From contig CAZOYI010000091.1 in the NCBI GenBank assembly GCA_964583965.1, positions 1 through 59,101 of the forward strand: a DNA stretch of 59,101 nucleotides. The letters run 5' to 3'. Shown piece after piece: positions 10,763-18,014 of the stretch (position 1 is the first letter of the stretch; every line of letters starts with the position of its first letter). The DNA is from an uncultured Caldisericota bacterium (GTDB lineage: Bacteria; Caldisericota; Caldisericia; UBA6126). A program made the position numbers and the translations under genes. The notes beneath the pieces were generated by a model that worked only from the letters and a program-made list of their open reading frames with translations, did not search any database and had not been told where the DNA came from.

Positions 10763-11272
10763 ATGAACAAAAGAATTGAAGAGAACTTTAACAAACAGAT
10801 CAATGAAGAACTTTACTCTGCATATCTTTACCAATCTATTCGTGCATACTTTGAGAGTATTGGTTTGTCTGGCTTTGCCAATTGGATGAAAGTTCAAGCA
10901 GAAGAAGAAATGTTTCATACTGAAAAGTTTTTTCATCATATCATTCAAAGAGGTGGTCGAATTCATTTAACGGCCATCAAAGAACCAACTTTCGAATGGA
11001 ACTCTCCATTGGATGCATTTAAAGCATCTCTTGAGCATGAAAAACACATTACTTCCTGTATTCACAACTTAGCTGTTGTTGCTGATGAAGAAAAGGATTT
11101 TCCAAGCAAAACTCTTCTTAATTGGTTTGTAGATGAACAAGTCGAGGAAGAAGACAATGTGGGAAAAATTGTGCACGAACTTGAAATGATTCAGAATGAT
11201 GGTAAAGGTATCTTAATGTTAGACCATGAGTTGATGTCTCGAACATTCAATCCTCCTTCAAGCGAAGAATAA
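10763..11272 (+). CDS. ftn: Ferritin (non-haem, Ftn type)
   Basis: 169 aa. Ferroxidase-centre pattern NEELYSAYLYQSIRAYFE ... QAEEEMFHTEKFFHHIIQRGG ... SLEHEKHIT. AAAGGAG RBS. Confidence 0.92.
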   Translation: MNKRIEENFNKQINEELYSAYLYQSIRAYFESIGLSGFANWMKVQAEEEMFHTEKFFHHIIQRGGRIHLTAIKEPTFEWNSPLDAFKASLEHEKHITSCIHNLAVVADEEKDFPSKTLLNWFVDEQVEEEDNVGKIVHELEMIQNDGKGILMLDHELMSRTFNPPSSEE

Positions 11273-11297
11273 TTACGATAAAGTAGGACTCTCCACC

Positions 11298-12914
11298 ATG
11301 AAATACAACAAGAATTTCTCGATAGTTTTATTGATTGCAATCATGTTTATATGTGGTAGTATTTTTTCTTCTTGCAGAAAAGTATCAAATCCACCTATTC
11401 CCATTGATACCAATACTAACGAAACGAACAATTCTAATGAAAATCCAACACCCTCTCCAACCGATCCATCACCAGAAGTTGGAGATGAACAGGAGACTGA
11501 ATCTCTTCTACTTGATCCATCTCTTGGGCAGAAATTAATCCGAGAATCTCTACACTATTATCCAGCTACCATGGGACCCCCCGGATTTAATAGTGTGTGG
11601 AAAGATAATGAAATATTTGTGAGTACTGGGGATTCAGGTTTTACCAAAATAGCCCTTGCCAATAATACTATGATTCCAGAAGAGTCCTACTTTTTTTATC
11701 GATCCTTTATCCATTCTTCTGATGATTATTTCCTTTGTCGAGATAAAAATTACGTGTATTGTTTAGCCAAAAAAAATGCGAAAGAGCTTTGGAAAAAAGA
11801 TTCAAATTCTTCTGGCCAGGATTACTATTTTGCTGTAAATCCTGAAACAGTAACAAATATGCGATTTTCAACCACCATACAAGAGGGTATTGTCACTGGC
11901 TTTAATGCAGAAGATGGACGTACACTATGGACAAAGACTTTACTCAATAAGACACAATCATTTCTTGGATTTTCTCCACACATTCTACTCTTTACAGAGG
12001 GCTCCTCTCTTGTTGGTATTCATCCACGTACGGGAGAAGAATCATGGGAGATTAAAAATATTCTTGATCTAGCCGAAGAACCCTATCAACAAGAATACTT
12101 TAGAAACTTTCGCATTCTTTCTGATGGCACAATATTTATACCTCTTAATGAAAAAGGAACCCCTTTCGCATATAGGATTGACCCCGAGACTGGACAAGTA
12201 TTAACTGAGTATAGAATCGATTCAGCTGATGAACTTCGCTTCCATACTAGTTACACAGAAACCTCATCCAGTATCATTGGAGGTTACCGAAACAAAATGG
12301 AATATTTCTTGATTGCATTTGAAAAACAATCCGGAAGTATTCTATGGGAAACTTCCATAAATACGTATTTGGGAGAATTTGCCAAAAAGTATGGTGTTGA
12401 ATATGAATTTACTACTTTTGGTCAGGCTAATCAAATTATAGTTAAAATATCATATTCAACGATTCTATGTTTAAATATTGACAGTGGTACAATTCAATGG
12501 ATAGTTCATTCAGATTTTTCACAAATGGATACAATTTGGAATGATTCAATCCTTGTACGCCTCGTTGAATTAGAGCATCATCAATGGAGAATCGAATTCA
12601 TTTCTCTTGATAAGGGGGATCTTATTAAGCAATGGTCTTTGCCCGATTCCTACCAGCCTCCCACAGCACCCATTGAATTGTTACACACTACAGACAGCTA
12701 CATTATTCTTAGATTAGATACAAATGATCAATCCAGGTGGTTTTTTTTCCGACCCTCCAATTCTAACATAGAGTATACTGGGTATCTCTCTCCATCTCAA
12801 AATAGTGAATTATCAAGCTTGGTTTTTATTGTATCTTCTCTGAATGATCAATGCTTGTTTTTAACTTCGGGAGAAAATGGATACGAACTAGAAATCATAG
12901 ATATTCTTGATTAA
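11298..12914 (+). CDS. Lipoprotein with PQQ-like beta-propeller repeats
   Basis: Lipobox (IFSSC) followed by a Pro/Thr/Asn-rich linker. Recurring propeller blades of the 'dG..lW' type: AEDGRTLWTKT, PRTGEESWEIK, KQSGSILWETS, IDSGTIQWIVH. Confidence 0.55.
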   Translation: MKYNKNFSIVLLIAIMFICGSIFSSCRKVSNPPIPIDTNTNETNNSNENPTPSPTDPSPEVGDEQETESLLLDPSLGQKLIRESLHYYPATMGPPGFNSVWKDNEIFVSTGDSGFTKIALANNTMIPEESYFFYRSFIHSSDDYFLCRDKNYVYCLAKKNAKELWKKDSNSSGQDYYFAVNPETVTNMRFSTTIQEGIVTGFNAEDGRTLWTKTLLNKTQSFLGFSPHILLFTEGSSLVGIHPRTGEESWEIKNILDLAEEPYQQEYFRNFRILSDGTIFIPLNEKGTPFAYRIDPETGQVLTEYRIDSADELRFHTSYTETSSSIIGGYRNKMEYFLIAFEKQSGSILWETSINTYLGEFAKKYGVEYEFTTFGQANQIIVKISYSTILCLNIDSGTIQWIVHSDFSQMDTIWNDSILVRLVELEHHQWRIEFISLDKGDLIKQWSLPDSYQPPTAPIELLHTTDSYIILRLDTNDQSRWFFFRPSNSNIEYTGYLSPSQNSELSSLVFIVSSLNDQCLFLTSGENGYELEIIDILD

Positions 12915-12924
12915 ATCAAAATAA

Positions 12925-12962
12925 AACGGAGATCCAAGGCAGGCAAAAAATGAATCTCCGTT
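12925..12962 (+). terminator. Hairpin downstream of the propeller lipoprotein gene (weak terminator candidate)
   Basis: AACGGAGAT (12925-12933) pairs perfectly with ATCTCCGTT (12954-12962), and the stem extends to 12 bp with one mismatch. The loop is large and no T-run follows on the plus strand. Confidence 0.3.
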
Positions 12963-13013
12963 GAATAAAATATGCAGAATGCAAAAAAAGTTTCATTTTT
13001 TTTGGTTTTAAAT

Positions 13014-13041
13014 TTCACATTTATTGATTTTTACATACAAT
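13014..13041 (+). promoter_or_regulatory. Candidate sigma70-type promoter for the ATPase gene
   Basis: TTCACA (13014-13019), a 16-nt spacer, then TACAAT (13036-13041). It lies in a 167-nt AT-rich gap, about 40 nt upstream of AAGGAG and ATG 13082. Confidence 0.35.
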
Positions 13042-13081
13042 AAATAAAAATAAAACTCATAATTATTTAAGGAGTTTCAAG

Positions 13082-14434
13082 ATGATCCATAAAAAAGAAT
13101 TTGATTACATGCAGAAGATTTACGAAGAACAGAATTTTAAAATGATTCTGTTACATGGAACCACTGGTGGTGGAAAAACCTATCTTGTAAGAAAATTTCT
13201 TCAAGATAAAAAAGGGTTCTATTTCAAGTGTTTATCACAACATCCTCCCGTTCAAATCAAACGTTTTATTCGTGTTATCCGTAGGCAGTACCCAGATTTC
13301 GAAGCAGATATTACATGGAAAGACTTTATTACCAATCTTTACAATCTAGCCAAAAAAGAAAACCTTATCGTAATTTGGGATGACTTCCATTTCTTGTACA
13401 AAATCACGCAAGACATTCTTAGTATTGTTGAGAAGAATTCAGTAAATTCACACTTTACCATTTTTATTACCTCTTCCTTCCCTCAAGCTAATTTCATTAA
13501 TTTCCGCTTTTCTAGTTTTTCTCAAGAACGTTTTTTATCGATAGAGTTAAAGCCCCTCCTATTTAGTGAATTTAGAGATCATTACGAAGGAATGGATCCA
13601 ATTCGTCAAATTGAATTGTATGGTATCACCGGCGGAGTTTCACGATACATGGAATGGCTGGATCCTAATATGGATCTTTTCCAAAACATTCAAGAGAATT
13701 TTCTATCTCCAAAAAGAGTTCCTTTTTATGACCCAACCTCAGTTCTCCGTTATGAATTCCATGAACCCTCCACGTACTACTCCGTTTTGCAAGTATTGGC
13801 ATACCACGAACTGAAAATTGGTGATCTATCTCATCAACTTAATCTACAAACTCACAACCTAACTTCATTCGTTGATCGCCTCCGTGAAATGAAGTTAATA
13901 GGAAGAGTTGTACCTGGGAATAGCACGAATCCAAAAGTAACCAGAAAGAGCAAATACATGATTAGTGATATGTTCTTGTATTTCTGGTTCCGATATGTTT
14001 ATTACGATCCTGAAGCATTGTTTATGATTGAACCTCAAATCATTATTAATCACCTGAAAGACGATTACCACAATTTCATTGATCACATTGTACTGGAAAT
14101 TGCAAAACAATGGCTATCCAACATAAAAGATCCTTTTGTGCCAGTGATTACTTCCCCTTGGTGGGATTATGAAGCGCATGGCGTAGATATTTTAAGCACA
14201 GACTACAAAAAAGCAATCTTTGGTGACATTTTTATTGACGATACCCAATATACCAAACAGATGTACCGGAATTTTGTAGAAAGCACACAAGTCATACCTT
14301 TTAAATCAAAAATTAGACAAAAGTATTATTACTTTATTAGTAAAAATGGATTCACCCCAGATCTATTAAGAATTATCTCAAACCGCAGAAACATCAAGAT
14401 TTTTGATTTAAAGGAATTTGTTGAAACTGTATAG
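13082..14434 (+). CDS. ATPase of the 'archaeal ATPase'/DUF234 family (P-loop NTPase plus wHTH-like plus C-terminal DUF234-like region)
   Basis: Walker A LLHGTTGGGKTYLV and Walker B LIVIWDDFHFL. The central block ELYGITGGVSRYMEWL is typical of this family. A wHTH-like YYSVLQVLAYHELKIGDLSHQLN follows. The C-terminal GVDILSTDYKKAIFGDIFIDD resembles the family's (E)xD...ExK-like segment but is divergent. Confidence 0.7.
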   Translation: MIHKKEFDYMQKIYEEQNFKMILLHGTTGGGKTYLVRKFLQDKKGFYFKCLSQHPPVQIKRFIRVIRRQYPDFEADITWKDFITNLYNLAKKENLIVIWDDFHFLYKITQDILSIVEKNSVNSHFTIFITSSFPQANFINFRFSSFSQERFLSIELKPLLFSEFRDHYEGMDPIRQIELYGITGGVSRYMEWLDPNMDLFQNIQENFLSPKRVPFYDPTSVLRYEFHEPSTYYSVLQVLAYHELKIGDLSHQLNLQTHNLTSFVDRLREMKLIGRVVPGNSTNPKVTRKSKYMISDMFLYFWFRYVYYDPEALFMIEPQIIINHLKDDYHNFIDHIVLEIAKQWLSNIKDPFVPVITSPWWDYEAHGVDILSTDYKKAIFGDIFIDDTQYTKQMYRNFVESTQVIPFKSKIRQKYYYFISKNGFTPDLLRIISNRRNIKIFDLKEFVETV

Positions 14435-14448
14435 TTAGCACATTAATT

Positions 14449-14483
14449 GTTTAAGCTCCTTCTTAAAGTGAAGGAGCTTAAAC
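14449..14483 (+). terminator. Strong stem-loop after the ATPase gene
   Basis: Perfect 14-bp stem: GTTTAAGCTCCTTC (14449-14462) with GAAGGAGCTTAAAC (14470-14483). 7-nt loop. It begins 15 nt after the stop. There is no clear T-run. Confidence 0.55.
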
Positions 14484-14521
14484 ATTACATGAAGTAAATC
14501 CGAAAAGGGAAAATTTTCAAT

Positions 14522-15163
14522 ATGAAAAGAAAACATACAAATGAATTTTTAGGTCTGTTTGATCCACCTTCGTATGTTTTGTTTGACTTTGAAACTACTG
14601 GATTACAACCTCCAAAAGATAAACCACTCCAATTAGCCTATCTACTTCTTAATCCATATTTTCAAGTGTTGAAAGCGAAGAATTTTTATTTTCAAGTTCA
14701 GGAAGAAATTCCTTTATCTGCTACTAAAATTCATGGATTAACAAAAGCTAAACTTGTAGCATTAGGTGCTAAACCTCTTATACATCATCAAAATGAAATT
14801 CAATCAGATTTTTCTATACTGGGAATATTGCCGATTGCCCATAATGCTAGTTTTGATGTTCTTTTTTTGAAAAACTTTTTTTTGAAAAACTTTTCATTGA
14901 AACTGTTTTGTACAATGAAATACTACACCAACATTATTAAACTTCCAGGACTATATAGCGATTTTAAATGGCCTAAGGTATCTGAGACAATGCAATTTTT
15001 AAATATAGATGAAAAACAGACTCTTTTGACCTGCAAAGAACTTTTCTTGAACGATTCTATAGGATATCACGATGCACGCTTTGATATTGTATGTATTTTA
15101 AAGATGATTCAAAACGATCCTCTTTTGAGAGAACAAATATTGTTGGAAAAACAAAAGCAATAG
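14522..15163 (+). CDS. Stand-alone DEDDh 3'-5' exonuclease (DnaQ/epsilon-like)
   Basis: Exo I YVLFDFETTGL, Exo II IAHNASFDVLFL and Exo III GYHDARFDIV motifs are all present. 213 aa. Confidence 0.85.
   Translation: MKRKHTNEFLGLFDPPSYVLFDFETTGLQPPKDKPLQLAYLLLNPYFQVLKAKNFYFQVQEEIPLSATKIHGLTKAKLVALGAKPLIHHQNEIQSDFSILGILPIAHNASFDVLFLKNFFLKNFSLKLFCTMKYYTNIIKLPGLYSDFKWPKVSETMQFLNIDEKQTLLTCKELFLNDSIGYHDARFDIVCILKMIQNDPLLREQILLEKQKQ
14862..14890 (+). repeat. In-frame tandem duplication (T7-8 GAAAAAC x2, third degenerate copy follows) inside the exonuclease gene
   Basis: TTTTTTTGAAAAAC (14862-14875) is directly followed by TTTTTTTTGAAAAAC (14876-14890) and then TTTTCATTGAAAC. This encodes FLKNFFLKNFSLKLF immediately after the Exo II motif. 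Confidence 0.8.
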
Positions 15164-15222
15164 CAAGAGACTAATATGTGAAGCTGATTTAAAACTGTGA
15201 ATTCAGGTATTAGAAAACTGTT

Positions 15223-15250
15223 ATGTCTGTTATGTACCCTTAACAGACAT
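15223..15250. terminator. Shared hairpin between the convergent exonuclease gene and the oxidoreductase operon
   Basis: ATGTCTGTTA (15223-15232) pairs with TAACAGACAT (15241-15250), a perfect 10-bp stem with an 8-nt loop. On the minus strand it is followed by AACAGTTTTC. Confidence 0.5.
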
Positions 15251-15270
15251 GTAGTAAAAAACAACCAACT

Positions 15271-15825
15271 TTAAAAACGATAAATATTACCGGTTTTCGA
15301 AGCCATATTGTATCCAAATTTGGCAGCTTTAATATTCAATGTAAGTCTGTCATCAGAGAAAAAGTCACTTATTGCTTGTGTAAAAGAAGATAGTTCCAAT
15401 AATTTCGTAATACCAAGCATGTATCCAGTTGCCAAAATATTGGCAGCGAGTCGAGTGCCAAATTCTTCTTCGCAGATTGCCGTAAAAGGTTCAGTAAACG
15501 AAACGGCTTTGGAAATTGGTTCGGAATCAGGTATAAAAAAGCTATCTAAGATTCTAATACCGTTTTCACGAATCAAAATACCATATTTTTGATAGGCTTC
15601 GTGAGTCATCAAAAGTAGAATATCGGGAACTTCAATTTCTGGGAAGAAAATATCACGATCACTGATGATAACTTCACTTTTTGTTGCTCCACCCCTTGCT
15701 TCAGCACCGTATGATTGGGATTGCAAAGCATTTTTTTCTTCACGCAAAGCTGCCCTAGCAATAATACGGGTGGCCGTAATTAAGCCTTGACCACCAGAAC
15801 CTGAATAACGGATTTCTTTTCTCAT
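15271..15825 (-). CDS. 2-oxoacid:ferredoxin oxidoreductase, gamma subunit
   Basis: N-terminus IRYSGSGGQGLITATRIIARAAL and SQSYGAEARGG are hallmark gamma-subunit motifs. It is the last gene of a delta-alpha-beta-gamma set, the same order as Helicobacter oorDABC. Substrate cannot be read from the sequence. Confidence 0.9.
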   Translation of the reverse strand: MRKEIRYSGSGGQGLITATRIIARAALREEKNALQSQSYGAEARGGATKSEVIISDRDIFFPEIEVPDILLLMTHEAYQKYGILIRENGIRILDSFFIPDSEPISKAVSFTEPFTAICEEEFGTRLAANILATGYMLGITKLLELSSFTQAISDFFSDDRLTLNIKAAKFGYNMASKTGNIYRF

Positions 15826-16637
15826 GATTCTCTCACCTTTTTTAAAAGTTGTTCCCGTTTTTCTATATAGGAGTATCGCTGATTGTCTTCAATAAACTCA
15901 CCCATCATAAGATGTGATCTACGATCTTCTTCTGAAAGTGTTTCGTATTTTTCTTTTGTTAGAAGGATTTCTTTTTGCTGCAGCATCATTTTGTAAGGGT
16001 CTAATATACCATTAAGACGACCATAATAAACTGGACATTGTGTAATGACTTCAATCAGGGAGAACCCTTTTCTAGTAAATGCCTTATTCATATACTTTTT
16101 CATGTGTTTGTAATAGTAGCTACCTGTTCTTGCAGCATATGTTGCGCCAGCTCCGATGACAAGGCGCATCAGATCAAATCGATTTTCATAATTACCAAAC
16201 TGTGCAGTTGTTCCTATTTTATATGGGGCAGTTAAGGGAGAAACTTGTCCACCTGTCATACCATAAATGCTATTGTTAAAAACAATGACTGTAATATCTA
16301 TATTTCTTCTTGCCGCATGAATAAGGTGATTCCCACCAATAGCACTTGCATCACCATCGCCTGTGAAGACAATCACTTTTTTATCCGGACGTGAAAGTTT
16401 AATAGCAGTAGCAAATGGGATAGCTCGACCATGGAGTGTATGAACTTGATCAAACTGTGTATATGTACCAGATCGGGAAGAGCAACCAATACCGGAAACA
16501 CAGACTACATCATTTTTTGTACAATTCATCTCTTCTAGAGTTTCTAAAGCAGCATGCAAAACAATCCCATTACCACACCCAGGGCACCATATTGTGGGCA
16601 AACGGTCTGGGTTAAAAAATTTTTCACCTTTAATCAT
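15822..16637 (-). CDS. 2-oxoacid:ferredoxin oxidoreductase, beta (TPP-binding) subunit
   Basis: WCPGCGNGIVL cluster/TPP N-terminus. TGDGDASAIGGNHLIHAARRN TPP-Mg motif. IYGMTGGQVSP. Confidence 0.93.
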   Translation of the reverse strand: MIKGEKFFNPDRLPTIWCPGCGNGIVLHAALETLEEMNCTKNDVVCVSGIGCSSRSGTYTQFDQVHTLHGRAIPFATAIKLSRPDKKVIVFTGDGDASAIGGNHLIHAARRNIDITVIVFNNSIYGMTGGQVSPLTAPYKIGTTAQFGNYENRFDLMRLVIGAGATYAARTGSYYYKHMKKYMNKAFTRKGFSLIEVITQCPVYYGRLNGILDPYKMMLQQKEILLTKEKYETLSEEDRRSHLMMGEFIEDNQRYSYIEKREQLLKKVRES

Positions 16638-17754
16638 GGATATCCTCGATTCTTCTTAACATTTCTTTGGGTGGAATAAGTTCTCCTCCAATTTTTTCCA
16701 TAAGGTGAACTTTTTTATCGGGTAAGATTCTTTGCATTTCATATACATATTGACCTAGATTAAGTTCTGTGACGATGATTTTTTTTGCATTTCTTGTAGC
16801 ATTTTGAATTTTGATAGGGTCGATAGGGAAAAGAATTTTAGGTCGAATAAGACCAATTTCAGGATGATCAGAATAAAGCAGCGATTTTACTGTGCGACTT
16901 GCTACGCCATAGGATATAAACATGATTTCAGCATCAGGGTTGATAATTTCAACTTCATATAATTCTGAAGTGTGTTTTTCAATTTTGCGATGAATTCTAC
17001 GAATCAGTCTGTCGGCTACTTCGTAATCAGCACTTTGGAAACCATTTTCCATATGGATTAATCCCGTCACGCTTGTTCCAAGACCATCACCAATATTCCC
17101 TATGATTGGAACGTCATCTATAAATTTACCATAGGACAAATAAGAATCTCCAGGCTTTAGGTCGGGAAGAATGCGGTTAATAATAGTAACATTTTCGTGT
17201 GGATCAATTTCAATCTTTTCACGCATATGGACAATTGTTTCGGTAGTAAGAATAATAACTGGAGTGCGGTATTTTTCAGATAAATTAAAAGCTTGTATTG
17301 TCATCTCGTACAATTCTTGAACAGAAGATGGGCTTAACACAATTATTGGATGATCACCATGAGAACCCCACCTAGATTGCATTACGTCACCTTGAGCAAC
17401 TTTTGTTGGTAGACCCGTGGATGGTCCACCCCGCTGAACATTGACAATGACTATTGGCACTTCTACCATAGCTGCATAACCAAGTCCCTCTTGCATAAGA
17501 GAAAAGCCAGGACCAGAGGTTGCAGTCATTGATTTTTTACCAGCAAGAGAAGCACCAATGATAGCAGTAACGCTAGCAATTTCATCTTCCATTTGAATAA
17601 AAATCTTTTCTTCTCTGGCTAGAACAGTAGACAACAGCTCAGCTATTTCGGTGGAAGGAGTGATTGGATATCCAGCAAAAAAGCCTATACCCGCTTTTAA
17701 AGCTCCTCTTACGCAGGCCTCGGCACCTTGCAATATTTCTGTCTGTTTACTCAT
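16630..17754 (-). CDS. 2-oxoacid:ferredoxin oxidoreductase, alpha subunit
   Basis: GAEACVRGALKAGIGFFAGYPITPSTEI, TATSGPGFSLMQEGLGYA and VNVQRGGPSTGLPT blocks. I prefer ATG 17754 (MSKQTEIL), which overlaps the delta stop, over the track start at 17769. Confidence 0.93.
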   Translation of the reverse strand: MSKQTEILQGAEACVRGALKAGIGFFAGYPITPSTEIAELLSTVLAREEKIFIQMEDEIASVTAIIGASLAGKKSMTATSGPGFSLMQEGLGYAAMVEVPIVIVNVQRGGPSTGLPTKVAQGDVMQSRWGSHGDHPIIVLSPSSVQELYEMTIQAFNLSEKYRTPVIILTTETIVHMREKIEIDPHENVTIINRILPDLKPGDSYLSYGKFIDDVPIIGNIGDGLGTSVTGLIHMENGFQSADYEVADRLIRRIHRKIEKHTSELYEVEIINPDAEIMFISYGVASRTVKSLLYSDHPEIGLIRPKILFPIDPIKIQNATRNAKKIIVTELNLGQYVYEMQRILPDKKVHLMEKIGGELIPPKEMLRRIEDIHD

Positions 17755-17947
17755 GAAAATACACCTCAATTGCTAAATCTGGGCAATGTTCTTGGCATGC
17801 TAGACAGCCAATACATGCAGAAATATTTTCTACAAAAACATAACCAGTTGAATCCATGGCAAAAACGTTTTTCGGACAAATATTAACACAAATACTACAT
17901 CTCTTGCATCGTTTCTCATTAATCAAAACATCTTTAACTTTTTTCAA
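17747..17947 (-). CDS. 2-oxoacid:ferredoxin oxidoreductase, delta subunit (2x[4Fe-4S] ferredoxin)
   Basis: 66 aa with CKRCSICVNICP and CIGCLACQEHCP. TTG start (plus-strand CAA at 17945-17947). Confidence 0.85.
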   Translation of the reverse strand: MKKVKDVLINEKRCKRCSICVNICPKNVFAMDSTGYVFVENISACIGCLACQEHCPDLAIEVYFHE

Positions 17948-18014
17948 GATATTTACCTGCTTTCAAAGCTTTGATTACGTTGACCATTAAAGAAAACATT
18001 CCAGTTTTGTCAAT

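Noticed and set aside
17963-17974. A perfect 12-nt palindrome, TCAAAGCTTTGA, 16 nt upstream of the oxidoreductase delta-subunit start.
   Set aside because: It is too short to rule out a chance occurrence in AT-rich DNA, it cannot form a stable hairpin (no loop), and there is no second copy in the window. It is possibly an operator, but this is unsupported.
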